A DNA stretch of 54,470 nt from an uncultured bacterium (GTDB taxonomy: Bacteria > Eisenbacteria > RBG-16-71-46 > CAIMUX01 > WJJG01). The position numbers and the translations under genes were made by a program. Under the pieces are notes generated by a model. That model saw nothing but the letters and a program-made list of their open reading frames with translations, was not told where the DNA came from and did no database searches. The stretch lies in contig CAYMBA010000002.1 in assembly GCA_964388535.1 (NCBI GenBank), positions 1-54,470 of the forward strand. Reading direction: 5' to 3'. The stretch's first letter is position 1. Each line of letters begins with the position of its first letter. Shown piece by piece: positions 19,601 through 28,343 of the stretch.

Positions 19601-19629
19601 CAAGCGATGCACAGGTAGAGGGCTTTCAT
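16612..19629 (-). CDS. Type IV coupling protein-like ATPase (TraD/VirD4/TcpA-like P-loop) with an N-terminal zinc ribbon
   Basis: Walker A is LVGRTRMGKTT and Walker B is SVIVDESQTM. TM segments are LLGLALGLGGLSYFLMAGTL and LLTLLISGISLVLGAPLIM. The N-terminus has CIACGE..x..CRRCG and the tail is acidic. The start is taken as ATG 19629 (MKALYL), 11 nt after the upstream stop; the ORF-track start at 19797 overlaps the M23 gene. Confidence 0.8.
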   Translation of the reverse strand: MKALYLCIACGERHTLGEAAGSGLLCRRCGAELELAQHGEAQNTGAAGAAEGGNGRARADALGEGHKALRGRDGVHFDSLAGEGDPEDVVAFSVTPVRGTPREVAAIEQLINAVGAAAGPISLDLAADEERRFLIVRCHRRVADFVQGQITSIYGSPIFERLDPGDDPAIRMEGSGGLVATGRMKLQAAPHLPLLTWRELQENDPVLALMGAAGAVRQGEVAQSQVLIHGRAPEGWARPYLRELLRFKRRGFGTFNAADLMRLLGLALGLGGLSYFLMAGTLSGMWFSFGRLLTLLISGISLVLGAPLIMGPMGGADWDESIESLVETKIQRPAYRCEVRLAATAATRDRARQLLEQMAAAYNLFSQDAGNRLGLMPPGRSPQFTPASLAAFAPGESLLNAAEIAGMWHLPLADLPDLLPASRVQVALPVPEQVLDPSGLHIGEARKSSGVRVPVYLPRDALTRHMMLVGRTRMGKTTVAQHIACWAMRQPGRAVVIVDPHRDMVDSLLGHVPQNRIDDVVLIDLADDDFVPGFNVLDVDQVGDPERVVEAFVDVAYILWAGYWGPRMVVPLRMLLMALALANTQRSPDQQFTILALAPLISLTRERRSHFLREVLPKDDPRSEHVIAYFETEYDDLTPSFQERVISPVLSKARAFEFNSRIRAMVGQSASTINPWRFVADGKIVLFHTARPTVGDEFASFMGSLVLNYVRRAILAQGARPAEERVATSVIVDESQTMAAVDYASIMAEAQKFGGSLVLSTQGLSLLEPSMQRENLARVAVDRQLLANTDTLMVFRVAGDDAARISERELGEEVPPATLTNLPQYTAYVRTVVGRQVVAPFAVETKPMPGENPEVRARLLAMRARYSLAHGEAMRAAHRAMNVILRHFGTEVAAATAVHDGAFGDLLGVEPFFPEAVEDDVVDGPDRAGERGMGVRGGVGQPAMPWAGGSEASDAEGARSSGEAGERGRTPHDRMLELLERMEGWAEDSAHGEGATDAESDPEEE

Positions 19630-19640
19630 CTGCCAGAACC

Positions 19641-20366
19641 TTACGGCATCCCGGGGCAGACGTTGACAGGATCGGCCCGATACTGCGAGCAGGACACTCC
19701 AGCCCCCAGGTGCTCCCAATCGCAGAATGCCCCCTGCCCCGGCAGGAACGTCCTCGTCGGGTCCCGCGCCGTGCACGCCCCCGTCCCGACGTCGCACTCG
19801 CGCACCTCAAAGTGCACATGCGGGCCGGTCGTGAAGCGGCCTGTGTTCCCGCTCGAACCGATGACGTCGCCAGCTACCACGATCTGCCCGGGCGCGACCA
19901 GGGCGGCGCTCAGGTGGGCGAAAAGCACCTGCCAGCCCTGGTTCTCGATCACAACCGCTCCCCCGTAGACGGCGTGGTCGCCCGCGTAGGTCACCCTACC
20001 GCCGTATGGCGTGCGCACCGGGTAGTTCTCGCACCAGCACGTCGAATAGTCGATGCCTCGATGGGGGGCTTTGCGCCCCTCGGTGTCCCCAAACGGACTG
20101 CTCAACGCGCCGAACGTTGGAGGCAAGAGGCAGGTGAAGCTCTCCGGGCCGCTATAGCCCTCCATCGCAAACCCCAGGCTCCCCTCCACGACCGCTTCCT
20201 GCCCCAGGTCGCTGCCCATGGCCCAGGCCTCAATCTCTGACGCGAACATCGGCAGCTGACGGGCCGTCTCCGCTACGGCATATGCCGGCAGGATTACAAG
20301 CGTGAGCAGGTAGCAGGCCATCAGGCCGGCAAACCCGAGGCACCCAAAACCCACAACCTTCTTCAT
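19641..20366 (-). CDS. M23 (LytM-type) metallopeptidase, likely cell-wall hydrolase of the transfer apparatus
   Basis: HRGIDYS (HxxxD) and GPHVHFEV (HxH) are present, with an N-terminal signal/TM segment VVGFGCLGFAGLMACYLL. Confidence 0.85.
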   Translation of the reverse strand: MKKVVGFGCLGFAGLMACYLLTLVILPAYAVAETARQLPMFASEIEAWAMGSDLGQEAVVEGSLGFAMEGYSGPESFTCLLPPTFGALSSPFGDTEGRKAPHRGIDYSTCWCENYPVRTPYGGRVTYAGDHAVYGGAVVIENQGWQVLFAHLSAALVAPGQIVVAGDVIGSSGNTGRFTTGPHVHFEVRECDVGTGACTARDPTRTFLPGQGAFCDWEHLGAGVSCSQYRADPVNVCPGMP

Positions 20367-20375
20367 CCATCCCTC

Positions 20376-23147
20376 TCAGGTGCGCCCTCCGCCCTGGTCG
20401 GAACCTTCGACTTCCAGCGCCGTCACCAAGTTGCGCCGCATCGAGGCCATATCGGTCTCGAAGGCCGCCATCCACGAGGGGGGCACCACCACACGGACCG
20501 GCAGACGCTGTTGGTCCGGTAATGCGAGCACGGCCTCGCCCACTTTTAGCCTGGAGAGCGAGGCGACCTCCTCCTTGCTGAGCTCCAGCCGCTCGCCGAT
20601 CTCGCGCGCCGAGGCCGGGGCCTGGTAGAACAGCCAGTACGTCCCCAAGACCCCCAGGAGCGTGTTCACCGATTGCGCACCTTTCCCGCTCACCTGACCG
20701 AAGCGATCCGCCTTCACCAGCGCATGCGCATCCTGAAATGCCAGATGCAACGTGACGCCGAAGGCCGGCAAGGTCGATAGCATCTTCACGACCGTGCTCA
20801 CCATATGCTCATCCACCAAGACTTGTGACGCCTCGTCCACGATGATGTGCACAGGCGCCGGATGTGGCTGCCTCAGGAACCGGCGGGTGGCCTGCATAGC
20901 CGCGATGCGCAGCGCGAAATGGTGCGCAAGCGCCCGCTCGAACCCCGCCTGCTGGATCCCGAAAAGCCCAAACTGGATCACAGCCAGGTCCGCTTTCAGG
21001 CTCACCTCTCGAGGCGTGTTGTACAAGGCGTAGAACTGGCCATTCTCGGTCGCATACTCTCTGAGCGTCGCCGCGATGATGTTCACTGTCGCCGGATCCT
21101 CTTGGCGCAGCTCATGCGCCAGCACCGCGTAGACGTCCGCCAAGAACAAGCGGTTGGGCCCCCACGTCGATGCGTCTTGGGTGTCCATCCCCTTGCGTTC
21201 CATGGCCATGCGTAGCCCCCGCGTGAGAAGCGAGCGCTCAGGCCCTGATACGAACGGACGATTGGGGTCTTTCAGGAAGGCATACAGGGTGAGCAGGGCA
21301 TTGAGGTTGTCCGCAAAGGCATTCACCGCCAGGTCGCGCGCTCGGGGATCGTCCTCTGCCAAGCGCTCGAAGTGGAAGAGGTTGAATCCCGCCCCTCCCG
21401 CGCCCGCCAGGGTCACCACCTCCCCGCCCGCCCAGCCGGCAAGCGGCCCGTACTCGGCCTTTGGGTCGATCACGATCACCGCGTGGTTGTGCGCCAGCCA
21501 CGTCAACGCCAACGTCTTGAGCGTCACACTCTTCCCCGACCGCGGGTTGCCGATCAGCGCTTCGGACGCGCCCGGAGCGTTTCCGCCACGCAGGCGGTCG
21601 AGCACCAGCGGCGCCTCCGAGGCGAGCGTCTCGGCCTGAGGGCGCAGGAAGGCGTGCAGATAACCCGCCGGCTCGAAATAGGTGGCTCCTGTAACAGGGC
21701 ACAACTCCCCGAAGTTTTCCGGCGTCAGGTTACGGTCGCTGAAGCGGTGGTGTCGCTGCCCCAGCGGGATCGCCGTGCGAAAGGCGAACTCCTGCTGCCA
21801 CCTGGCGCACACGTATCGCACTCCCTGGTTTCGCAGGTGCGACTCAAACCGTGGCCGCACCTTCGCCAGCTCCTCCGCCCCCCAGGCGAAGATCGTCAGG
21901 TACATGCCAAGGTACCGAGGCATTTCCAGCCCCATCTCCGCCCGGGCGCGCACCTCCTCGGTGGCGTTGATCTCTTGGGCGGCCTTGTAGTTCTGGATTT
22001 GACCGTAGGCGCCGCGCACCATCTCCGAGGCCTGGCGGGCCACGCTACTCTTGCGCGCCTCTTCAACCACCTCGGCTCGCTCAGGCGCCCGCACGTACAT
22101 CGCCAAGTGCACCCGCCCGGCGTACTCCCCCAGGATGCGGGGCAGCGAAGGCATCATGTCGTAGCTGAAGTTCTCTATGAAGTAGGTCGTCGCGGCGACC
22201 CCGTCGTTGATCAGGACGCAATCGTCCAGCTCCTCCCAACTCCGAGGGGCGAGCAGCCGCTTGAGCGCCATGGGATCATGCTCCGCCTCGCCGATCGCAC
22301 GCGCAATCTCATCCTCGGTCACCGTGGCCGTGTACGGCGATTGGGGGGCTCCGCGGTCGAGAATCTCAGCGAAGCGTCTTTGCCGCTGCTGTCGCACACC
22401 TCCTTCGCTCATCGCGCCGGGGTTGTAGGCGTGCCACAGCACCTCCATCATTTCCGCTGGCCCGAGCGGCCGTACCCCGAATCCTGCGCTCTCGAAAGTG
22501 GTCCTCGCCTCGAGCATTTTCCGGCCGAACGCCTCCAGCGCCTCCGCCCACCCCGGCGCCTCCGGCGCTGCGCGGCGGCATCCCAGCACCGGGTGCCTGA
22601 CCACAACAAAGGCCCGTCGCAGCGCTAAGTCCGCCATCGCCGCCTGCTCGAGCAGCAGCGCGCCCAGCGTCGCCGGAAGGGTCAGACGCCGCCTGAACTG
22701 TTCCTGGTATGGCGCCAGCTCCGATCCCTCCGCCTGCGCCTCCGCCAGGAGCTCTGCCCAGCTGTGCCCCAACCTCGCCAGGCGATCCGTGTACGCCTCA
22801 ATCGATTGCGTCCCCGGAATCTGGGCAATTTGCCAGGTCTCCCCGTCCGGCATATTGCGGATCGCCTGGGCGAACATCTCGCCTACCGCCTCCGGCGAGA
22901 TGCTGGTCGTGACAACGAAGGGATGGACCTCTAGCATGGCCACCAGATCCCCTCCCGGGGTCAGCAACGCAAAGTCCCGCACCGCCTCCACGTCAACCAG
23001 AGCCTCCGTGGCACCTATCTGCCCCGCGGCGGTCCCGTGACTCCTCGTCAAAGGCCGGCCCGCGAGCCGCGACCTCGCCGCCGGGTACGCCACCAACCCC
23101 AAGAACGCCAATCCAACCAGCGTGGTCATGATCCAATACAGAGACAC
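20376..23147 (-). CDS. VirB4/TrbE/TcpF-like conjugal transfer ATPase
   Basis: 923 aa with an N-terminal TM. Walker A is IGNPRSGKSVT and Walker B is VHIIVDEASQVL. It follows a small 2-TM protein, as is typical for VirB3-VirB4. Confidence 0.85.
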   Translation of the reverse strand: MSLYWIMTTLVGLAFLGLVAYPAARSRLAGRPLTRSHGTAAGQIGATEALVDVEAVRDFALLTPGGDLVAMLEVHPFVVTTSISPEAVGEMFAQAIRNMPDGETWQIAQIPGTQSIEAYTDRLARLGHSWAELLAEAQAEGSELAPYQEQFRRRLTLPATLGALLLEQAAMADLALRRAFVVVRHPVLGCRRAAPEAPGWAEALEAFGRKMLEARTTFESAGFGVRPLGPAEMMEVLWHAYNPGAMSEGGVRQQRQRRFAEILDRGAPQSPYTATVTEDEIARAIGEAEHDPMALKRLLAPRSWEELDDCVLINDGVAATTYFIENFSYDMMPSLPRILGEYAGRVHLAMYVRAPERAEVVEEARKSSVARQASEMVRGAYGQIQNYKAAQEINATEEVRARAEMGLEMPRYLGMYLTIFAWGAEELAKVRPRFESHLRNQGVRYVCARWQQEFAFRTAIPLGQRHHRFSDRNLTPENFGELCPVTGATYFEPAGYLHAFLRPQAETLASEAPLVLDRLRGGNAPGASEALIGNPRSGKSVTLKTLALTWLAHNHAVIVIDPKAEYGPLAGWAGGEVVTLAGAGGAGFNLFHFERLAEDDPRARDLAVNAFADNLNALLTLYAFLKDPNRPFVSGPERSLLTRGLRMAMERKGMDTQDASTWGPNRLFLADVYAVLAHELRQEDPATVNIIAATLREYATENGQFYALYNTPREVSLKADLAVIQFGLFGIQQAGFERALAHHFALRIAAMQATRRFLRQPHPAPVHIIVDEASQVLVDEHMVSTVVKMLSTLPAFGVTLHLAFQDAHALVKADRFGQVSGKGAQSVNTLLGVLGTYWLFYQAPASAREIGERLELSKEEVASLSRLKVGEAVLALPDQQRLPVRVVVPPSWMAAFETDMASMRRNLVTALEVEGSDQGGGRT

Positions 23148-23182
23148 AGATGAATCCTCCCTCGGTCACCTGCCAAGACCGG

Positions 23183-23707
23183 CTAGCGCAGGTACACAAT
23201 GTTCGCCCGCAGCTGCATCAATTCGGCCAGCCCACCACCTCCGAGCCAGGCCAAGAAAGCCGAGAGGAGGGCCACGCCGATCGCATTCACGAGCATCACA
23301 TGATTTGCCGGCACGCTTTCGGCGGGGATGGTGAACCAGGCAACGCGCCTCCTTTTCTGCCGGGACCGTCGAGGCGTCCACGCCCCGCGATCGAGCCGGC
23401 CTGTCCTTGAGATGACTCCCTTTCCGCCCTTGATGCGCCGCCGCACTCGGCTGGAGAACCCGAGACGATGAAACCAGTACTCTTCGATGGTGTACCGGCC
23501 CTCTACCCGTGCAAGCGCATAAGTCGCGGCGAGCCCGACCAGCGCAACGGCCATACCCACGCGCACGAAGAAAGGCAGCCCGGCCAAGAAGACTAGGACG
23601 GCGAACGTAAACGCACCCCCGACGATCGCAAGCTCGCGCGGGCCGACAGGCAACCCGGCCGTCGTCTTTGCTGGCTCCAGCTTCGGTGGAACACGAGTTG
23701 CCCGCAC
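23183..23707 (-). CDS. Small two-TM membrane protein (VirB3/PrgI/TcpE-like by position)
   Basis: Two hydrophobic helices (IVGGAFTFAVLVFLAGLPFFV, GMAVALVGLAATYAL). It lies immediately upstream of the VirB4-like gene. Confidence 0.55.
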   Translation of the reverse strand: MRATRVPPKLEPAKTTAGLPVGPRELAIVGGAFTFAVLVFLAGLPFFVRVGMAVALVGLAATYALARVEGRYTIEEYWFHRLGFSSRVRRRIKGGKGVISRTGRLDRGAWTPRRSRQKRRRVAWFTIPAESVPANHVMLVNAIGVALLSAFLAWLGGGGLAELMQLRANIVYLR

Positions 23708-23709
23708 GA

Positions 23710-25980
23710 CTAACTCCCAAATCCACGCCGTATTGGTTCGAAGAACCTGGCCAGAGCCTCCTGGTGTTCCCCAAAGTCCCCGGCGAGGATGTTGCTTTGA
23801 ATCCTGGCCATATGCTCCGCCGGCGTGATCTCCTTCGTTGGGTCTCCCCGGGCTTGCTGCACCGCTCTCTCGAGCTCCGCCAGCGCCGTCCCCTCCCCCA
23901 CCCCCGCAAGGTATTCACCTGCCCCAAGGAATGCCCGCGCGTAGCGAATGAAAGAGGGATCGCTCGGCGGCGGGTTGAACGACCACCAACCCGCCTGCTT
24001 TAAGAGTCGCATCCTGCCTTCTGCGCCTGGAAATCCCCCTCCGCCAAGATCGTCCAGGCGGCGGCCCATCGCCGCCAGCACCTCTCGAGGCCGGACGGAG
24101 CCTTGCGGGCCTCCGGAGGCCAATGCGGACGGACTCCCCTCCGGCGAAGGGAACACGGACTCCAGAGCCGCCTCAAGATGCCTGTGGCCAACCTGGAAGG
24201 TCAGACCTCCCAGGTAGCTCTCTGCGCTGCCAAATCCCGCTTCCCTCACCTGGTCTGCGAAGGGTATTCCCGCCTTCTCCAATCCCATGGCGTGGCTCCG
24301 AGCCGACCGCACGGCGCGCTGAAACGCGGCTGTGCCCGCCAGCCCACGCACAGTTTCCGGTGTCGCCTGCTCTCCCAGGACCGACCGCGCCGCGTCTCGC
24401 GTCGAGACACTGTACACACCCCCCGCCGCCGGCAAGCCCACCGCAAAGGAGCCCCCCACAGCCCCAGCGCCCTTCCCCTCGCTGATCGCCGCCTGATGGA
24501 AGCCCTGTGCGGCGGCCGCGAGCGCACCACGCACAGCCGGATTGCTGGACATGCCTGCCAGGGCCGAGAGCGCCGCGCTCGCCGCCTTCGGGGGCAGTGC
24601 GGGCCCAGCGCCGCGCCCTCCCGCAAGAGCATTTATGGGCGACCCTTGCCCGCCCCCGCTTTGAGAGCCGCTCCCTCCCCCACCCCCGGCAGCCGACTGT
24701 CCAGATCCCAGGCCGCCGCCGAGGCCCAGGCCCGCCTTGAGCACACCCGGCCCCCCGAGCGCAACCGCTGCCCCTGCGGCCGCCAGGACAGCGACGGCCT
24801 TCGTCGCGCCGAGCGCTCTCCGATGCACCTCTACCACCGGGCCGAACACCAGATGGCCGACCTTGTAGTTGATCCCGATCACGAGCGACAGCGAGCCGGC
24901 GACGACAAAGAAGCTCAATAACGCCGAACCCAACTGCTCCCCCGCAAGGGCATCCAGCATTGTCACGTTCATCAGCGAGGCGACTTTCAGCATGGTGGCG
25001 TTGATCACAGGCAGGAGCAGTAATCCCGTCATGAGCCGGGTCCAGGTCCAGGTCAACCATCGGAACTGGGGTATGGATCCCAGGGCAATCATGAGCGGCG
25101 CGATGATCACGCCCAGCGCCAGCAGCGCCGTTGTCGCCGCAAGCGCCAGGCCCAGCGCGCCAAGCAGAGCCAGCACGGTGAAGACGAAAAAGAAGAGCAG
25201 GTAGATGGAGAAGAGCGGCGCGCTCATGCCCAGGAAGTAGGCGCTCACGGAGGTGATCACCCCGCCAAGCATCACCCTCGCCGGTTCAATCTGCACACCC
25301 AGGTCGACGCTCCAGATGAAGGCCGTGAGCCCCCAGGAGGCGCGGACGGCCAGCGAGAGCAAGTAGAATGAAGCTGCGGCGCCGGCGTAGGAAACCAGTA
25401 CATCCAACGCCTGCGCTATCATCTCCGCGCGTGCCTCTACCGCGCTCCCGCCTCCCCCCAGGATGGCGAGGACAGCCAACGCAAGGACGAGCGGCGCGAG
25501 CACCAACCCGACCTTGAGCATGGCGCTCCAGGCGCCCCGCACCGCCGCTTCAAACTTCGGGAATTTCGACAGCCCACTGTCATCCACCTCCGTCAGCCAA
25601 GCCATGGAGGAATCCATCGCTGGCAGCACCTTGTTCACCGCGCCGTCCATCGACTTCCGGCTCAGCTCCACGAAGGCCTCTGTGATGGCATCGATCAATG
25701 AGCTTGCCGAGAAGGTAATCGTGTGTCGGACGATTTGCTGGACGAGATTGGGTTGCGATGTTGGACTGGATTCGACCCTCGGGCCATCGTCGGGGGGCGG
25801 CGCGGCGGTCGCTGCCGGGGTTGCCTGCGGCGTAGTCTGCATTCCCGTCGCAGCCGCCGACCCCGCGGCCGCCGTCGCCGGCATGAAGAGCAGTGCGCAT
25901 AAGGCCGTCGTCCACAGCGCTGCCGCGCGTCGCGCCCTTTGGCTCCTGAACGAGTTGCGGGGTCCTGAAGCGGCTGACAC
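23710..25980 (-). CDS. Polytopic membrane protein, VirB6/TrbL-like, with a Gly-rich linker and C-terminal soluble domain
   Basis: Signal-like N-terminus, at least 6 long hydrophobic segments, low-complexity GGGLGSGQSAAGGGGGSGSQSGGGQG, then ~300 aa hydrophilic. Position in the T4SS operon supports the call. Confidence 0.6.
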   Translation of the reverse strand: MSAASGPRNSFRSQRARRAAALWTTALCALLFMPATAAAGSAAATGMQTTPQATPAATAAPPPDDGPRVESSPTSQPNLVQQIVRHTITFSASSLIDAITEAFVELSRKSMDGAVNKVLPAMDSSMAWLTEVDDSGLSKFPKFEAAVRGAWSAMLKVGLVLAPLVLALAVLAILGGGGSAVEARAEMIAQALDVLVSYAGAAASFYLLSLAVRASWGLTAFIWSVDLGVQIEPARVMLGGVITSVSAYFLGMSAPLFSIYLLFFFVFTVLALLGALGLALAATTALLALGVIIAPLMIALGSIPQFRWLTWTWTRLMTGLLLLPVINATMLKVASLMNVTMLDALAGEQLGSALLSFFVVAGSLSLVIGINYKVGHLVFGPVVEVHRRALGATKAVAVLAAAGAAVALGGPGVLKAGLGLGGGLGSGQSAAGGGGGSGSQSGGGQGSPINALAGGRGAGPALPPKAASAALSALAGMSSNPAVRGALAAAAQGFHQAAISEGKGAGAVGGSFAVGLPAAGGVYSVSTRDAARSVLGEQATPETVRGLAGTAAFQRAVRSARSHAMGLEKAGIPFADQVREAGFGSAESYLGGLTFQVGHRHLEAALESVFPSPEGSPSALASGGPQGSVRPREVLAAMGRRLDDLGGGGFPGAEGRMRLLKQAGWWSFNPPPSDPSFIRYARAFLGAGEYLAGVGEGTALAELERAVQQARGDPTKEITPAEHMARIQSNILAGDFGEHQEALARFFEPIRRGFGS

Positions 25981-26007
25981 GGTTCTACACCCGTCAAAGC
26001 ACAGCCA

Positions 26008-26754
26008 CTACGGCAGGATGTCCGGGATGTGAATGCCGCCCGCGAGCAGGTTGGGCACCAGCGCATCCACGAGCGCCTTAGAAAGAGGCATTGACAGAAT
26101 CAAAAAGAGCACGGCCGCCGCAGCGCCGATGATGCGCGCGTATCCGCGCGAAACCGCCAGGCTGTTGCCGATGATGTTCCCCAGTTGAGCATCGAACGCG
26201 CCCGACGCCACCGCCACCGTAAAGAAAGCCACGCCTATACCGATCAGGACCCGGACCAACGCGAGGACGAAGTTCGATACGACTTCCTGAATCGGATCGA
26301 GCTGCAGCGCCTCTTCCATACTGACCGGAGCCTCCCCCGCCCCGCCTTCGGGAATGTCGACCACGGGCAGGGCCATCGACTCCTCTGAGAGGAAGCGTTC
26401 GGCCAGGAATTCTACGAAGTTGCGCGAGAATCCCACGCCGAACAGCAAGACCACAAACGCGACGACGGCGCCGATCGCCCGGAACAGCCCGGTCGAGGCT
26501 GTCAAGGTGTTTCCCAAGGTGGAGCCCAGGACGCCGTCGAACGCGCCCCGCACTACGCCGAGCGTGAAGAGCCCCCCACTGATGACAAGAAGCAGGCGCA
26601 CCACCGCCGTTGAGATGTCTTTGACCAGCGCAGTAACGTCATCGAAGGCGCCTTGGATCCCATCATCTGCATAGGCTCTGCCATAGCTGGCGACAAGAAT
26701 TACGACCAGAACCACTAGAACCAAAAGCCCCTTGGACGTTGCTCTTTTGCGCAT
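26008..26754 (-). CDS. Secreted/membrane protein built of two tandem pilin-like (VirB2/TrbC-like hairpin) units
   Basis: Signal peptide is LLVLVVLVVILVASYGRAYA. Unit 1 is VVRLLLVISGGLFTLGVVRGAFDGVLGSTLGNTL...FRAIGAVVAFVVLLF. Unit 2 is LVRVLIGIGVAFFTVAVASGAFDAQLGNIIGNSL...ARIIGAAAAVLFLIL. The two units are clearly homologous. Confidence 0.6.
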   Translation of the reverse strand: MRKRATSKGLLVLVVLVVILVASYGRAYADDGIQGAFDDVTALVKDISTAVVRLLLVISGGLFTLGVVRGAFDGVLGSTLGNTLTASTGLFRAIGAVVAFVVLLFGVGFSRNFVEFLAERFLSEESMALPVVDIPEGGAGEAPVSMEEALQLDPIQEVVSNFVLALVRVLIGIGVAFFTVAVASGAFDAQLGNIIGNSLAVSRGYARIIGAAAAVLFLILSMPLSKALVDALVPNLLAGGIHIPDILP

Positions 26755-27220
26755 CTACGCCCTCCCGTTTGCGTCATGAGGCCAACCCCCTTCGGGGATC
26801 TTCGACGCTTATCGACGCCGTCTTGCCCTGCTCACTTTCCAGGAGGTCTCCCGGCTCTGCGTGCGCAACTTCGTGTCTGGCGACTCGCCATGATCCCCGT
26901 CGCCCGGCGCCTGCACCCAGCGACATGAGCATCTTAGAGGGAAAACGCACCCCCGGCTGTCCCAGGTTTGTCCCAATCCGCGCGGAACACTTCTTGGAGG
27001 GTTCAAGAATGATGGGGGTTACTCAGTCAGGAACCTGCAGCCGTCTCCGGGCCGCCCTCCCTCTCTCCCGTGAGGCCAAGCACAGGATGACCACGACAGG
27101 CCAGACCGGCGCCGCTGCAAGCCGTCCCTGCAATCCTGCGCAGGGGCAAACGGGGAAGGCCCTGCCTGCCCCTTCCCTGGCCGCCATCAATGGATGTACC
27201 CACGTCCCCCGGGGGGAAGT

Positions 27221-27234
27221 AGCACATTTGTTCT
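27221..27234. promoter_or_regulatory. Near-copy of the 32081 GAAC-N4-GTTC box (AGCACATTTGTTCT)
   Basis: 13/14 identical to AGAACATTTGTTCT at 32081-32094. One half-site is degenerate (GCAC). It lies in the ORF-poor region upstream of the T4SS operon. Confidence 0.3.
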
Positions 27235-27617
27235 ATCTTGTAGCGTCTACATCCATCGGCCACCCCCTCCGCGCCTGGCGCCATTCGCCCACACCGCATG
27301 TCTCTCCACCCCCTTCCCCACCCTGCCCAGTGGCCACTAAGAGACCATATGCCCGATCCGCTACGGAATCAGCTTGATTCATCGTCCGCGACTCCGACCC
27401 GATCACGCTACTGTACGACGCGCAGGGACTGGCCAACGGGGTGCCCGTGAATTCTTGCTGCTGCCCGCCAGGCCATGTCAGAGACTGCGAGGCCACCTTC
27501 CGGGCAAGAAGGGGAGCACACTAGCTTTTCTGCAATAACCGCTCCTGCGTTTTCCTGAATGAGACGCCTCACGGGGGCCACTAGCTGATTGTGCCGGAGG
27601 TTGTCTTTGAAGTGGCC

Positions 27618-27639
27618 CGAACAGCTTGCGCGAGCTGTT
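27618..27639. repeat. Perfect 8-bp inverted repeat GAACAGCT-N6-AGCTGTTC
   Basis: Read directly: GAACAGCT (27618-27625), TGCGCG, AGCTGTTC (27632-27639). Confidence 0.6.
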
Positions 27640-27758
27640 CATCTTCCATGTTGAAAAAGCTGGGGGCGCAACAGGCAACGCAGAGGAACCGCCCGCGCTT
27701 CACCTGATATCCCCGATCGTTCAGAGAAGGATGCGCCGGCAGGGCGACCCCCACCAGC

Positions 27759-28343
27759 TTGAGCCGCGCCATAGGTTTGCGCCCATTACTTCCCTTGAAT
27801 GGCCACGCTCTCTCCCACTGGACTCTCGTCGTCCGGGCACTGAGGCGACGCAGACATTTCCAGTCCTCCTGGGCTGCAAATCGTGATCCTCCCACTGGCA
27901 ACAACGCCCTTCAGCCGGCGCCCAACGGCAATTCAGAAGATGTCCTGCACCTGGCCGCGAACCGGACCGCCTTCGCCGTGCACAAGACACAACGTCTAAA
28001 GACCGCGCTTTCCGATCCAGTTCAAGATCTCGCATTGCTGGAGGGTAGGGCATACACTGTCCTTCTCTATCCAGACCCGGGCGCCTTTGTCGATCTTCCC
28101 TTCATCCCTTATCCCGAACGCGTGGGCACTCGACCTGCGAAAGTCGGCGCGCTTCGGAGGGATTCAGCCCCCGTCCCCTCCAGCGCTAGGGACCTCACCG
28201 AACTCGAACTCATTCACGTCCGCTGGCCCTCCTTGTGTGGACTCCGCGTTGACGTCGCCATCGAGGGCGAAATAGCGTCTAATTCCTTCAACACAGATAG
28301 CGGAAGCGCTCTTCCGTTATCCACATACGATTATTGGCTTTAG
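27759..28343 (+). CDS. Possible hypothetical protein (only the C-terminal ~130 aa look protein-like)
   Basis: This is the only ORF of 60 aa or more covering 28054-28287. Third-position G+C is enriched from ~27930 on. No motif and an unclear start, and the 3' end contains a palindrome copy. Confidence 0.25.
   Translation: MSRAIGLRPLLPLNGHALSHWTLVVRALRRRRHFQSSWAANRDPPTGNNALQPAPNGNSEDVLHLAANRTAFAVHKTQRLKTALSDPVQDLALLEGRAYTVLLYPDPGAFVDLPFIPYPERVGTRPAKVGALRRDSAPVPSSARDLTELELIHVRWPSLCGLRVDVAIEGEIASNSFNTDSGSALPLSTYDYWL
28296..28321. repeat. 26-bp palindrome family, copy 3 (GATAGCGGAAGCGCTCTTCCGTTATC)
   Basis: 24/26 identical to the perfect copy at 29543-29568. Confidence 0.8.

Noticed and set aside
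23166-23927. 253-aa minus-strand ORF overlapping the small 2-TM gene and the end of the VirB6-like gene
   Set aside because: It is out of frame with two genes that fit the operon layout. The translation is R-rich and non-protein-like.
10636-25060. Many long ORFs antisense or out of frame to the annotated genes (e.g. 10636-11727, 14777-15676, 18943-19968, 21372-22628, 24173-25060)
   Set aside because: These are typical shadow ORFs of high-G+C DNA. Their translations are R/P/A/G-rich with no motifs. Each is fully covered by a motif-bearing gene on the other strand or frame.
28317-28325. Perfect DnaA-box nonamer TTATCCACA
   Set aside because: It is a single occurrence overlapping the palindrome arm. 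Assuming equal base frequencies, about 0.4 occurrences are expected by chance in about 109,000 positions on both strands. There is no cluster of boxes.
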